Source of the DNA: a virus
Virus record (IMG/VR): IMGVR_UViG_3300045988_175036
Location: 52,290 to 116,289 of that record
Direction: 5' to 3' (one strand)
Length of the DNA: 64,000 bases
The translations under genes and the position numbers were made by a program. Under the pieces are notes generated by a model that was not told the DNA's origin, did no database searches, and saw only the letters and a program-made list of their open reading frames with translations. Positions 10,514-20,523 of this stretch are shown in pieces (position 1 is the first letter of the stretch; each line of letters begins with the position of its first letter).

Positions 10514-10542
10514 ATTATATCACAATTTTCTCTAAAAAGCAA
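10514..10542 (-). promoter_or_regulatory. candidate sigma-A promoter
   Basis: Minus strand TTGCTT, 17 nt, TGaTATAAT, upstream of the nuclease/MTase genes. Confidence 0.45.
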
Positions 10543-12250
10543 ATCTACTATCTTCAATCTCCAAATCAGTTATGAAGATTTGAGGGGTTGTTTTACCTCC
10601 CCATTCGTTTAGATTTGGCTTGCCAACTAAAGTAATATCCATATCACCTGGAAAGTCTTTTAGCTCTCTAATCAAATCTTTCGCGCGGAACTTTACATAG
10701 GTAATTCCATTCTTCTCAATTCGTAAAGTGTCTAAATTCTTTCCAATAATTTTTACATTGTTCTGAGAAACATTCAAATTGGTAATTGCCATAACCGGTT
10801 CTTCATTTTGTTGTCCATAAACTTGCTCAATTGCGCAAAGCTCTTCAATGGCTTCTTCAATTTTTTGGTCGTCAGCGCGCATCACAAAATCTACGTCATA
10901 GTAATTTTCGCCGAAATCAATTTTTGAGAGTTCTTTATTGGCAATTTCATGGAAAGTAGAAAGATTGCGGTCAAGAATACTTACTCCAAGAGCTTGGTCG
11001 TGACCAAGCGTATACTCAAATAGTTTAGTACTAGCCATGAAATTTTTGAAAGATTTTAGTTCTGTATTTCCAGGCGCGCGAGCACTCCCTCGAATATATC
11101 CTTCATTATTGAGACGAGCTACGATTGTAGGGCGTTTATACTTCGATGCGATGCTCATTGCCAGAAGTCCATTCAGTTCTGCGGGAAATACATCATCATC
11201 CTCTAGCCGAATAAATAGAACTTGGTTAGATAATAAATCCTTCTTGAAAATTTTGGCTTCAAGTTTCTCAACCATCTGCTCTTTCATTTTATCTTGGTGA
11301 GACTTAGCGTTCACGCACTCGCGCGTGCTTTCAACACAAAGACGTTCTTTTGTGCCTTTCGCGCCTCGCTTATGACAATCAACCATTACCTCGGGCATTA
11401 CAAAAGATAGATATAAGCGTTCTTTCTCATCCATTGACCCAACTCTAATCATGGCATTGATTAGCGGCACAATATAGAAAGCGACTGTGATTGGAGTGAT
11501 TTTCCCGCCCATTGAATAGTCTTGCTTTTCAAGCAAAGTCCTAAACATTTTATTCTTGATATTTTTGAAGCCAGTTTGAACAAGATATTGATTTTCAACC
11601 TCTAACATTGACATCATATCTGCGACAATGCCTAAAGCACATAAATCAATGTATTCCCAAGCAAGGTCTTTTATAAAAAAGTCGTCAAGCGCGCGACACA
11701 GCTGCCAAGTGACACCAGCCCCACACAAGTCTTTATTCTTATAATTAGGCGAAGTTTGATTATTTACTAAAATCATATTTGAAGGAATAATTGTATTCTC
11801 TTCCTTGATATGGTGGTCCACGCACAATACCGGACAACTAAAACGGGAAATATATTCGCCGTCATTTGTGGCACTATCTGGCGCAATAATTATACTCCAA
11901 TCTTTATCTTCTAACTGTTCCATCAAATCAGAAAAGCCGTGCTGTTTTCCAGAATGAATAAAGTATTGAATTTCTTTTTCTGGATTTAGCCTTTTCAAAT
12001 ATTGATAGATAATGGCAGATGATGTCGCGCCATCAACGTCGCAATCAGCAATTAGTGCATATGGACGTACATCATTGATTGTTAGCTCTATCGCTTTCAC
12101 TGCTCTTTCAATATTTTCTAAGTCGCGCCAGCTTTGAAGGCAACTTTCGTCTGGATGACAAAACTCTTGAATGTCTTGGACTCCTCTCGCGCGAAGGAGG
12201 TTTTCTCCAAAATTTTCTTTTATTTCTGGATTTTTTAGTCGATATCTCAT
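10532..12250 (-). CDS. recJ: RecJ-like DHH-family single-strand DNA exonuclease
   Basis: DHH motifs: IADCDVDGATS, APDSATND, VCVDHH. Confidence 0.75.
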   Translation of the reverse strand: MRYRLKNPEIKENFGENLLRARGVQDIQEFCHPDESCLQSWRDLENIERAVKAIELTINDVRPYALIADCDVDGATSSAIIYQYLKRLNPEKEIQYFIHSGKQHGFSDLMEQLEDKDWSIIIAPDSATNDGEYISRFSCPVLCVDHHIKEENTIIPSNMILVNNQTSPNYKNKDLCGAGVTWQLCRALDDFFIKDLAWEYIDLCALGIVADMMSMLEVENQYLVQTGFKNIKNKMFRTLLEKQDYSMGGKITPITVAFYIVPLINAMIRVGSMDEKERLYLSFVMPEVMVDCHKRGAKGTKERLCVESTRECVNAKSHQDKMKEQMVEKLEAKIFKKDLLSNQVLFIRLEDDDVFPAELNGLLAMSIASKYKRPTIVARLNNEGYIRGSARAPGNTELKSFKNFMASTKLFEYTLGHDQALGVSILDRNLSTFHEIANKELSKIDFGENYYDVDFVMRADDQKIEEAIEELCAIEQVYGQQNEEPVMAITNLNVSQNNVKIIGKNLDTLRIEKNGITYVKFRAKDLIRELKDFPGDMDITLVGKPNLNEWGGKTTPQIFITDLEIEDSRFAF

Positions 12251-13305
12251 TACACTTTTACTCTCTCCTTTATCAGTTGACGAAAGATTTCTTCTCCTTC
12301 ATCAGCTGGGCTGTCTTTCTTTTTTGTTATATTTTTTCTGTCATAAACAAAAGAAAATCTACAATAATTTTTATATTTATTACAAATCTTCCAAAGTTTT
12401 TCAAAATATTCTGTGCTTCCTTCTTTTTCTTCGTTATCCAAACAAAGAATAATTTCTCTTGGGTGCGCGAACCGCATCAAAAGGTCAACTTGGTATTTAT
12501 TGAACTGACTGCCACAAATGGCCACCGCACAATTCGGTGTAGAAAAATTTTCAGAAAGAAGTACAGACTTTTCCGCTTCAAACACATAGCAAATGCCTCT
12601 TTCTTCAATATTTTTCCTATTCTGAAAAAGTCCATACAAATTGAAAGAGAGAGGATGAGAATACCAAGTATTTTCTACCTGAATTGGCATATATTTACCA
12701 ACATTTTCAACTTCCCATTCATCGAGCGCGCGCCCTCTAATTCCAACTAGTTTTCCATTTACATCAAAATGAGGAATAATAATTTTATTCTGAATTGGTG
12801 AATAAAGTATCCCATACTTATCCATTGTTTGTGCCGTAATTCCTTCTTCCAACCATTCAACTGGATAATAATGTTGAAAAGTTTCAAGAACCTTAGAAGA
12901 AAATTCTGGGAGTTCACGTCGGAGTTTTTGTCCGACATACTTGTCTTTATTACTTTTATATTTTGTTTTTAGCTCTTTTTCCTCAGCAAAGTAAGATTGG
13001 TTATAGCTTTGGATAAAACTATAAATATCTTGATACCAATCAAAGACTACTTCACGCGTCTCATACCAATGTTCAACAAATTGAAATATTGACATTGCAC
13101 CGCACGAACTATAGCAGTAAAAAAGATGGGTGTTCTTATAGTAATAAAGTTTCCAAGAAGCCTCGTCTACATTTAGATTGTGACAAGCTGTTTTACAAAG
13201 TAAAAAATCTCCTTTATCAATCCAAGGAACTTCTAACTTATCTAAAATTTTTTCAATATCCTCTGGTTCAAGATTTTCAATTATTTCTTTATAATTGATT
13301 GCCAT
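12250..13305 (-). CDS. dnaG: DNA primase (DnaG-like zinc finger plus Toprim)
   Basis: CHC2-like zinc finger (CKTACHN...FYCYSSCG). Toprim acidic residues (VFEAEKS, CLDNEEKEG). Confidence 0.7.
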   Translation of the reverse strand: MAINYKEIIENLEPEDIEKILDKLEVPWIDKGDFLLCKTACHNLNVDEASWKLYYYKNTHLFYCYSSCGAMSIFQFVEHWYETREVVFDWYQDIYSFIQSYNQSYFAEEKELKTKYKSNKDKYVGQKLRRELPEFSSKVLETFQHYYPVEWLEEGITAQTMDKYGILYSPIQNKIIIPHFDVNGKLVGIRGRALDEWEVENVGKYMPIQVENTWYSHPLSFNLYGLFQNRKNIEERGICYVFEAEKSVLLSENFSTPNCAVAICGSQFNKYQVDLLMRFAHPREIILCLDNEEKEGSTEYFEKLWKICNKYKNYCRFSFVYDRKNITKKKDSPADEGEEIFRQLIKERVKV

Positions 13306-14867
13306 CAGTTCTTTCCTTTCTTGTTGATTTCTTTTAAGAACTCTTCATCTTCTTTTGAAAGCTCCCAATTTACGAGGCCGCGCGCCTCATCTTCTGTGAG
13401 TTCTGGTATAGGCCGCATATAACGGTCTGTCACAAAAAGATCACGTTTGCGAAGCGTTCCAGCATTGAATTGACTCCAAATTCTAACCTGTGTCCATCGA
13501 CCAGAACGAACTTTGAAAACGTCTGTTACCATATCTGGAATAATACCTTGGTCAAGAACTCCATCTTGATTGAGAATTTCAATTTCATCTTTTGTTGGTC
13601 GTGCACAAATTACACCATTGTCTGCTTTGTTGATGGTTGCTCGACCGCCAGCAAGAGAAGCTTCGTTTCGTATATCAGTATTATCATCAGCTTTTGCATT
13701 GACTTGAGTTGAAGTAAAGACACAGACGTTTTGTTCAATTGCAAGGTCTTTGAGAGCAGTAGTCATAAGTAAAAGCAGTTCATCATTACGCAATGAGTGC
13801 CCACGAAATTCTTCAAGCAGTTTTGGAGAAATAAAGATATAATCATAAAATACATATCGACTTCCATAAAGGATTACCTGTTCACGCACCATATTTTTGA
13901 TTTGTTCAATTGATGGGTCGGGAATTCTCATCAACTTCAATGTCTTATAATGCTTGATAATCTTGCGCGCAGTCTCTATTCTCTCTAATTCGTCTTTTGA
14001 AAAATCTCCATAACGGAATCTACTTCTTTCAATTCCGGTCAAATATCCTAGAACCATTTGAATAATTTGTTCTGGCTTTTGCTCTGTCATTATGAAAAGA
14101 ACTGGTTCTGTATTACCTACTCTAATCCATTTTCTTTTATAGTCATCATAATAAAAAGGAAACGCTAATCGACAAGCATCAGCTACAGCCTGCGCGCTCT
14201 TGCCTCCACCACTTCCACTACTACGGATAGTTAGCGCACCAAGTTCCGCCCCATTTATGATATGAGAAAAAATATCTCCATTTACTGGAAGACCAATTCC
14301 TTCTGAAGCTCCGAAGCTATCAATCACATCATCTACTTCTTCTTCTAGGTTCCACGACTGTATTTCATCATTTTCGCTATAATTTTGTTCTAGCTTTAGA
14401 ATTTTAGACTTAACCTTTTGAAGGATTTTTTCAATTGTTAATTCTTCAAAGTTCTTGTTGACTTCAAAGGCTTCTGGCTTTGTTTCATCTTCAATAAAAA
14501 ACTCACTTGTGTCAACGCCCATTTTTTGAAGAGAATTCAATAAGCTAATCTTTTTTAGACGGCGATAATAAAGAAGAAAATTATCTTCGTCTGTATAGTA
14601 TTGCGCGTCTTGGAGGTATTCGATACCATGAGCCGTTTCAAAAGTAACGCGTGCAGACGCATTATTTTTTAGATAACCTTCAATATCAATAGGGGCAATA
14701 CGTGTCGCGCCGTTTCGGTAAAGACCGTCGATTGCGGCGAAAATATATTTATCAAGTTTTGTTTGAAAGTCATCCGGAGTTAGTATATATTTGTCTGTAT
14801 GACTAAGATATTGGGGCTTTGCCATAAGTGCGCCGAGAACTTGCAGCACTGTATTTTTATCTGTCAT
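13305..14867 (-). CDS. dnaB: DnaB-like replicative helicase
   Basis: DnaB-type N-terminal domain (VLQVLGALMAKPQYL). RecA-like core with Walker A SGSGGGKS. Confidence 0.75.
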   Translation of the reverse strand: MTDKNTVLQVLGALMAKPQYLSHTDKYILTPDDFQTKLDKYIFAAIDGLYRNGATRIAPIDIEGYLKNNASARVTFETAHGIEYLQDAQYYTDEDNFLLYYRRLKKISLLNSLQKMGVDTSEFFIEDETKPEAFEVNKNFEELTIEKILQKVKSKILKLEQNYSENDEIQSWNLEEEVDDVIDSFGASEGIGLPVNGDIFSHIINGAELGALTIRSSGSGGGKSAQAVADACRLAFPFYYDDYKRKWIRVGNTEPVLFIMTEQKPEQIIQMVLGYLTGIERSRFRYGDFSKDELERIETARKIIKHYKTLKLMRIPDPSIEQIKNMVREQVILYGSRYVFYDYIFISPKLLEEFRGHSLRNDELLLLMTTALKDLAIEQNVCVFTSTQVNAKADDNTDIRNEASLAGGRATINKADNGVICARPTKDEIEILNQDGVLDQGIIPDMVTDVFKVRSGRWTQVRIWSQFNAGTLRKRDLFVTDRYMRPIPELTEDEARGLVNWELSKEDEEFLKEINKKGKN

Positions 14868-15475
14868 TCAATGTCCTCCAAGTTCCACTTTGGTTTTGCT
14901 TGAGTCTTTTCTTTTTTGACTTTACGGAGAGGAGCTTTCGCGCGGAGCTCTTCACGTTTTTTGATTTCTTCTTCAATAGAAGCAACGATGCCACGATTTT
15001 CTTGTTCTTTGCGCGACCAGTATTCGGTAGATTTGGCGTAAACATATGGAATAATTCCAAGGCCGCCATAGCTTTTCTCCCTATCTCCACCTTGAATTTC
15101 ATAAAAATATTTCAAAGCAAAATAACATCCTTTATATGTTCCTTTTTTCTCTGATTTGATAAAGCTTTTGAAGAAAGCTTCGCATTTGAAAAAATCATAT
15201 TTGATTTTTAGGTCGTGCGCGAGATAGTCATAAATACGGTCGCGCCATTGGTCGTCCTCATTTAGATTCGCTTTCTTCCAATTATCATAACAGGTTTTAT
15301 GATAATAATAATTCTTTGCAGGCATCACATAAATGGTGTCTAATCCATCAAGTTGGGCATCAAAGTATTGCCCACATAGTCGGCATTTGACTTCGTGTTT
15401 CACTCTATCAACTCCAATTCTTTTCCTTTCTAATATTATATCATAAATTTCGTAAAAATACAAATTCAGAGGCAT
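14864..15475 (-). CDS. hypothetical Cys-containing protein (possible helicase-loader position)
   Basis: ORF track. The annotated start lies inside a 14-bp hairpin. An alternative GTG start at 15403 is preceded by GGAG. Confidence 0.45.
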   Translation of the reverse strand: MPLNLYFYEIYDIILERKRIGVDRVKHEVKCRLCGQYFDAQLDGLDTIYVMPAKNYYYHKTCYDNWKKANLNEDDQWRDRIYDYLAHDLKIKYDFFKCEAFFKSFIKSEKKGTYKGCYFALKYFYEIQGGDREKSYGGLGIIPYVYAKSTEYWSRKEQENRGIVASIEEEIKKREELRAKAPLRKVKKEKTQAKPKWNLEDIE

Positions 15476-15497
15476 AGTCTTACACTATGCCTCTGAA
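15465..15497 (-). terminator. perfect 14-bp stem / 5-nt loop hairpin (terminator, attenuator or processing site)
   Basis: TTCAGAGGCATAGT-cttac-ACTATGCCTCTGAA. On the minus strand it is followed by a T-rich stretch. Confidence 0.5.
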
Positions 15498-15508
15498 CAT
15501 ATATCTAT

Positions 15509-16411
15509 TTAGTTCATGCTGTCACGTAGATCGCGCAGGTCAAGAAGAGCTAAGTATAGAAGGTCTACTTGATCTTCAGTAACTTCCGAAAGCTTCATCT
15601 TTCGGCCAAAAATCATCTCAACCTTCTTTGACATTGTGCGAACAATATCCGTCTTATCCTCGTCCGTTTGTGCCTTATTTACAAGCGAAGTCCAAATTTC
15701 ACGAGCTTCGCTCATGGTGGCGTTGAAGTCGTGCTTTTCATTGGTAATAATTGGAGCATTGTCAACAACACGTGCGCCATTCTTTTCTTCCATATCAATT
15801 GCATCAGCCAAAGCTTTTTCAAACTCATGGAAGCCAAAGGGAATACGTGGCGATAAAAAACGGAAACGACTTCCTGCTGTAACCGTCGGAGTAGAGCGAG
15901 TTTGTATCCAGCGCTCACTTTCACCCTTCTCATTCCATGTCTGCGTGATAATCGCGATGACATCGACGAGGCTATTGACGATTTTTAAACAACGGTTATT
16001 AAGGTCAGGCTTCGCACTAATAAGCTTGCCCTCCTCGTCATAAGTCTCTTTCAAGTGACACGTCATAAGAAGGCCATACCGTATCATAGTAATTTTGCGG
16101 AGGGAATTTTCAAATTCTTTCGACAGTTGAGCATATCCCCCGCCATAGGGGATGTCCCCAATCTTAGATACTCCATTTTGCGCACAAACAAATTGTTCAC
16201 ACAAATCAAACAATATGCCAATAGTATCAATGCAAATCGTCTGATATAGTTCTTTTGCTTGCGGTTTTTCAAGCTGTCGAAGAACAAGTTTCCACTCGCT
16301 CCAAGTAGTAACTGGCTGAACCATCGCATTGCCTTGAGCGTTGGTTCCAATCTCAGTCGCTATGATGAGAGCTTTGTCGCTTTGGCAACAAAATTCTGTT
16401 TTACCTATCTT
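15509..16411 (-). CDS. AAA_24 / Sak4-like RecA-fold ATPase, exon 2
   Basis: Begins K-IGKTEF, the second half of a Walker A motif, directly after an in-frame TAA. The remainder resembles phage AAA_24 ATPases. Confidence 0.65.
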   Translation of the reverse strand, partial: KIGKTEFCCQSDKALIIATEIGTNAQGNAMVQPVTTWSEWKLVLRQLEKPQAKELYQTICIDTIGILFDLCEQFVCAQNGVSKIGDIPYGGGYAQLSKEFENSLRKITMIRYGLLMTCHLKETYDEEGKLISAKPDLNNRCLKIVNSLVDVIAIITQTWNEKGESERWIQTRSTPTVTAGSRFRFLSPRIPFGFHEFEKALADAIDMEEKNGARVVDNAPIITNEKHDFNATMSEAREIWTSLVNKAQTDEDKTDIVRTMSKKVEMIFGRKMKLSEVTEDQVDLLYLALLDLRDLRDSMN

Positions 16412-16663
16412 CAATTATGTTATCGTAAGGGCTTTTTATCCCTTACTTCTTATACTTCATTTCGTATAAGTTCAGCATATCTTTTCACCCGCTATTGTGC
16501 GGGGACGCGGCCTCTTGGATGGATTATATCTTTTCACCATCTATGCGTTGCGGCTGGGCTGACTTTACCAGTCCTTCGCCTCTGATTAGCGTCTCAGCTT
16601 TCCAGTTTTTCTCCGCGTTTCTCTATTGATTGTTACCAATCAACCGCCCCAGATTATGGTCGA
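16412..16663 (-). ncRNA. candidate group I-like self-splicing intron (252 nt, no ORF)
   Basis: GC-enriched and ORF-free. 5' exon ends in U, intron ends in G. P1 candidate CGCCU/GGGCG with a U.G pair; P10 candidate AUCU/AGAU. GNRA-capped hairpin UUGAUUG-GUAA-CAAUCAA plus several 5-7 bp stems. Confidence 0.55.
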
Positions 16664-16747
16664 AGGCGCGCCTGCCAAGAGCAGATATTTGCCACGAAGG
16701 TCCCTCGAAATAACATTTGGTTGTAAAGAAAGAATATCAATACCCAT
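16664..16747 (-). CDS. AAA_24 / Sak4-like ATPase, exon 1 (28 codons)
   Basis: ATG 16747 with an AGGGGG RBS. Encodes MGIDILSLQPNVISRDLRGKYLLLAGAP. Joined to exon 2 it gives the Walker A motif GAPKIGKT. Confidence 0.6.
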
Positions 16748-16764
16748 TCCCCTTACCCCCTAAA

Positions 16765-17685
16765 TTAGAAGCCTAGGTCGGCTCCAACATTAGAAAGGGA
16801 ACTAGTTTGCGCGGGAGCCTTATGAGCACTCTTCTTACCTGCATCTGCCTTCATCTGGTCAAGACGAGCCTTGCGCTCGCGCATTGCCTGGACAAGGTCA
16901 TCCATATCGTATGCGGCATCACCTTCAAACGGTTCCTGAGAACCAGCAATTACAACCAGCTCCTTCACAGAAGTGGTCTTCATACGCTCCTGCGGCTCAC
17001 CAAAACCAATCTGCTCAATAATCTTCTCAGTCGTAGAGGAGAAGTTGAGACGAACTGTTGCTTTAAAAGTCTTATCAGTCTCCCAATACTGCTCAATTGC
17101 TGCAACGACGTTGGGATTAGTGGCATGAAGCTTCATAATATCAACCTTGCCGCCATACTGCGGAACAATAGTAGTAATCTCAAGCTTCTTGGGGTCAAGT
17201 TCAACACCCTGCTCATCAACCATCGGCTTGATACTAGAAATAGCAAACATAATAGTAAATTCACAGGATGGCTTGAATTCGCCAGTCGCCTTATTTACAA
17301 AGGAAGCTTGGATACGAGGAGTAGACACAAAACGTCCTTCTTGAGTATAGAACTCATTCATCTTAAGGGTCGCGCCAGTGATACGAATACGATCAGCCTC
17401 TTCTCTACCAACGGCGGCAACGGACTTATACTCCTTCATCACAGTCTCAATACTCGTGTAAGCAGGATTTAGGGTCTTTCCATCCTTCTTATACTTCTGA
17501 GCATAAAGAGAAACTGGAATCTGATAAGTGACAGGTGCACCATTGACTTCCTTGTCAACTTCAACGGTAATCTCGCCGCCGACAGTATCAACCTTCTGTC
17601 CATTCTTCTCAAAAGAGCCATACTTTAGATTTGTCTCTAGTAGAATACCTTCAATCTTACCTCTATTTTCAGCTTGCTTTAGCAT
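16765..17685 (-). CDS. putative ssDNA-binding protein (306 aa)
   Basis: Position within the replication module; C-terminal tip ...GADLGF resembles SSB protein-interaction tails. No strong motif. Confidence 0.35.
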   Translation of the reverse strand: MLKQAENRGKIEGILLETNLKYGSFEKNGQKVDTVGGEITVEVDKEVNGAPVTYQIPVSLYAQKYKKDGKTLNPAYTSIETVMKEYKSVAAVGREEADRIRITGATLKMNEFYTQEGRFVSTPRIQASFVNKATGEFKPSCEFTIMFAISSIKPMVDEQGVELDPKKLEITTIVPQYGGKVDIMKLHATNPNVVAAIEQYWETDKTFKATVRLNFSSTTEKIIEQIGFGEPQERMKTTSVKELVVIAGSQEPFEGDAAYDMDDLVQAMRERKARLDQMKADAGKKSAHKAPAQTSSLSNVGADLGF

Positions 17686-17729
17686 TTATTTTTTTCTCCT
17701 TTTCAATTATTATATTTGGCTCTTCAAAT

Positions 17730-17753
17730 GGCGAGGCCAATAATAGCCTCGCC
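17730..17753 (-). terminator. GC-rich hairpin
   Basis: GGCGAGGC-caataata-GCCTCGCC in an intergenic gap; the following T-run is weak. Confidence 0.35.
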
Positions 17754-17767
17754 TATATGAATTCAAT

Positions 17768-18019
17768 TTACTCTGCGTCGTCAGAAGGGACGAAAGTCTT
17801 GCCAGCGTCAGTTAGAATGGCATATGCGACGGGCTTCTCGGCGCCCTCAACCTCTTCCTTCTCACGAACAACAAGATCCTTCTTAGTAAGGTCGAGAACG
17901 CTCGCGCCAATAGAACGAGCGGAACGACCAGTAGCGTTAGCTAGCTCCTCGATAGACACTTTACCGCCATTATTCTTTAGATACTCAAAAACAATTTGAC
18001 TCTTTTCAGTTAGCTTCAT
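17768..18019 (-). CDS. winged-helix DNA-binding protein (83 aa)
   Basis: wHTH-like pattern: VSIEELANATGRSARSIGASVLDLTKKDLV. Confidence 0.5.
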   Translation of the reverse strand: MKLTEKSQIVFEYLKNNGGKVSIEELANATGRSARSIGASVLDLTKKDLVVREKEEVEGAEKPVAYAILTDAGKTFVPSDDAE

Positions 18020-18125
18020 AATAACAATTTACTCCTTTTTTATTATAAAAATATATATTATAAATGAGCTTATGCCTCATTTATTCCATATCAAATAAGT
18101 TGTCACTCAACTCATTTCATAATAA

Positions 18126-18154
18126 TATTATACTCAAAATTCAAAAGAAAATCA
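18126..18154 (-). promoter_or_regulatory. sigma-A type promoter, conserved cassette
   Basis: Minus strand TTGATT, 17 nt, TATAAT, then ATTATTATGAAATGAG. Confidence 0.55.
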
Positions 18155-20512
18155 AGAATTCAATCCAACTAAATTCTGAATTTTTTCTTTATCTTTCAAT
18201 TTCATTACCTTCACGCCCATCGTTGCGCGCGATAATAAAGGAATTTCATTTATCTTTAGCCGAATTTGAGAAACATTAGAGACTACCAAAACTTCTTTGT
18301 CATCAATTAGCGGTAAGAAATCACAAAGTTTATCTGATTGCTGAATTGATTTTCCTTTTGTTGCGCGGCCGGTCAGCCCAAATTCTTCAATTGAAGTTCG
18401 TTTTGCTGAACCATCTTCAGAAATTGATAAAATCTCTTTAGTCTCTTTTGGAATAACTCGCGCGGAAACAACATAGTCTCCTTCATTGAGCTTCATTCCT
18501 ACAACGCCGCGCGTAACTCGTCCAATCGGACGGATATCAGAAGTGGAAATCATAATAAAGTTGCCAGAGTGGGACAAGACTCCAATATTTTCATCTCTTA
18601 AAATCAAAACAGAGACAATTGTATCATTTTCATCGAGTTTTATTGCCTGTGCACCATTACCTCTTTTTAGGTTATACTCAGACAAGGAAGATTTCTTCAA
18701 AATTCCATTCTTCGTAATAAAGACGATGTTAGAGGCTTGTTGTTCTTTCGATAAAATGACACTAGCACGCACCTGTTCATCTGACTGAAAAGACACAAAT
18801 GTATTGAGGTATTGCTTTTCACCAACTGAAAAATCGCCCATCTTCATTACATAAAAATGACCCTTATCAGTAAAGAACAGAATTTCATTTGTATTTTCTC
18901 CAACAAGCGTATCAACCACATATTCACCTTTATCAAGTTTGAACTTTTGGCCGACGCCGTTGCGCCGTTGAGAATAAAGAGTTGACGTTTCATTGACGAA
19001 AACCGCACCGTCATTTGTAAAGGAGAGAGCTAGTTGCTTACGTTCGATTGTTTCTTCTTCGTTCGAGATATTCAAAATTTTTGTGCGCCGCGCGTCACCA
19101 AATTTCTCAGCGACTTCGCGCAGTCCTCTTTCAATTTCTTTCTTCAAAAGATTTTCATCAGCAAGAATTGCTTCAATGCGTGCGAGTTCTTTTTCTAGTT
19201 CTGTCTTTTCACTCATCAACTTAGAAACATCAAGATGGGTGAGACGAGAGAGTTTTAGGTCAAGGATTGCTTTTGCTTGGGTTTCATCAATATCTAATAG
19301 CCGCTGAAGTCCAATCGACGCATTTTTTGTATCCGCAGCCTTTTTGATAGTCTCAACAACTTTATCAATCATTGAAATCGCTTTGATAAGTGCTTCAAGG
19401 ATATGAAGTCGCGCACGAATTTTGCGTCGATCAAACTGAAAACAATTTATATAAACAGTTTTCTCGTGGTCAAGGTGCGATTGGAATAGCGCACGCTGTC
19501 CCATCACAACAGGATAGAGGCCCTTATCAAGAACCGTCATATTGATGGCAAAGAAAGTTTCAAGAGAAGTATTCTTATAAAGATATTTCAAAACTCTCTC
19601 AGGAGAAGACCCTTTCGAGAGAAAAATTCTCAAGTCTGCGTGTTCACCGGTATAGTCAGCAAAATCACGAATACCACAGCTTTCATTTTCTTCAATTAGA
19701 TTTGCAAGTTCTTTACAGATGGTATTTGTAAAAGTTGAATACGGCATTTCTCTAACGATAAAACATCTATCTTTTGATTCCCATTCGATGCTCGCGCGCA
19801 CTTTACACGCGGAACCATTTCCAACTAAAAGACTTTTTCTAACTTCATCTTTATTTAGAAGTGTCGCGCCTGTTGGAAAGTCTGGGTAACAAAGAATTTC
19901 ATCATCTGGAATATTAGGGTTCCAAAGAAGCTTTATCATTGCTTCATTGGTTTCTCTAAGATTAAGTGGTGGCAAACTACTTGACATACCACTGCCAATC
20001 GAAATACAACCATTGACGCCATTCCAAAAACCTTTCGCGGGAAGTACTTTTGGGAATTTTCCTTCCATATCATAGGTGTCTTCCCATTCATCAATAATTC
20101 CTTTTTCCAAGTCTTTCAAAAGTTGATATGCAATTTCAGACCCGCGCAGTTCAACATAACGGTCAGCAGAGTGGTCATTCGGGTTCATCAAAGTACCATA
20201 GTTGCCATTAGCTTCTTGGAGGGGAACTCGATAAGCAAAAGGTTTAGCCATACGAATAAGTGTGCCATATGCAGAGGCAGGTCCATGTGTATAACTAAAG
20301 CTAGTAGCCTGTGCGACTGACTTTGCGGCCTTTTTGAAAGGCTTATCATAAGTGAGCTTTGCAAGGTATTGCGCATGAAGAAGCTTTCGCGCGCCCCACT
20401 TACAGCCATCGCGCGCGTCAGGTAGTGCGCGGCGTTGGAGGTTATAGCCAGCAAAATCGAGGAAATCTTCCTCAAAGACTTCTTGTGCATCTCTATCAAT
20501 AAAATCTTCCAC
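18152..20512 (-). CDS. type II DNA topoisomerase, A subunit (GyrA/ParC-like)
   Basis: 786 aa. N-terminal ...RRALPDARDG.K...RK... breakage-reunion domain followed by beta-pinwheel-like C-terminal repeats. Confidence 0.85.
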   Translation of the reverse strand: MEDFIDRDAQEVFEEDFLDFAGYNLQRRALPDARDGCKWGARKLLHAQYLAKLTYDKPFKKAAKSVAQATSFSYTHGPASAYGTLIRMAKPFAYRVPLQEANGNYGTLMNPNDHSADRYVELRGSEIAYQLLKDLEKGIIDEWEDTYDMEGKFPKVLPAKGFWNGVNGCISIGSGMSSSLPPLNLRETNEAMIKLLWNPNIPDDEILCYPDFPTGATLLNKDEVRKSLLVGNGSACKVRASIEWESKDRCFIVREMPYSTFTNTICKELANLIEENESCGIRDFADYTGEHADLRIFLSKGSSPERVLKYLYKNTSLETFFAINMTVLDKGLYPVVMGQRALFQSHLDHEKTVYINCFQFDRRKIRARLHILEALIKAISMIDKVVETIKKAADTKNASIGLQRLLDIDETQAKAILDLKLSRLTHLDVSKLMSEKTELEKELARIEAILADENLLKKEIERGLREVAEKFGDARRTKILNISNEEETIERKQLALSFTNDGAVFVNETSTLYSQRRNGVGQKFKLDKGEYVVDTLVGENTNEILFFTDKGHFYVMKMGDFSVGEKQYLNTFVSFQSDEQVRASVILSKEQQASNIVFITKNGILKKSSLSEYNLKRGNGAQAIKLDENDTIVSVLILRDENIGVLSHSGNFIMISTSDIRPIGRVTRGVVGMKLNEGDYVVSARVIPKETKEILSISEDGSAKRTSIEEFGLTGRATKGKSIQQSDKLCDFLPLIDDKEVLVVSNVSQIRLKINEIPLLSRATMGVKVMKLKDKEKIQNLVGLNS

Positions 20513-20523
20513 TATAATCCTCC

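Noticed and set aside
707-17999. Many track ORFs antisense to, or out of frame with, the long minus-strand genes (e.g. 707-1012, 1280-1528, 5502-5831, 6286-6597, 12079-12750, 15636-16043, 16807-17472, 17631-17999).
   Set aside because: They lie entirely inside much longer motif-bearing genes, encode low-complexity Ser/Leu/Phe-rich peptides and lack RBSs. They are shadow ORFs of AT-rich coding DNA.
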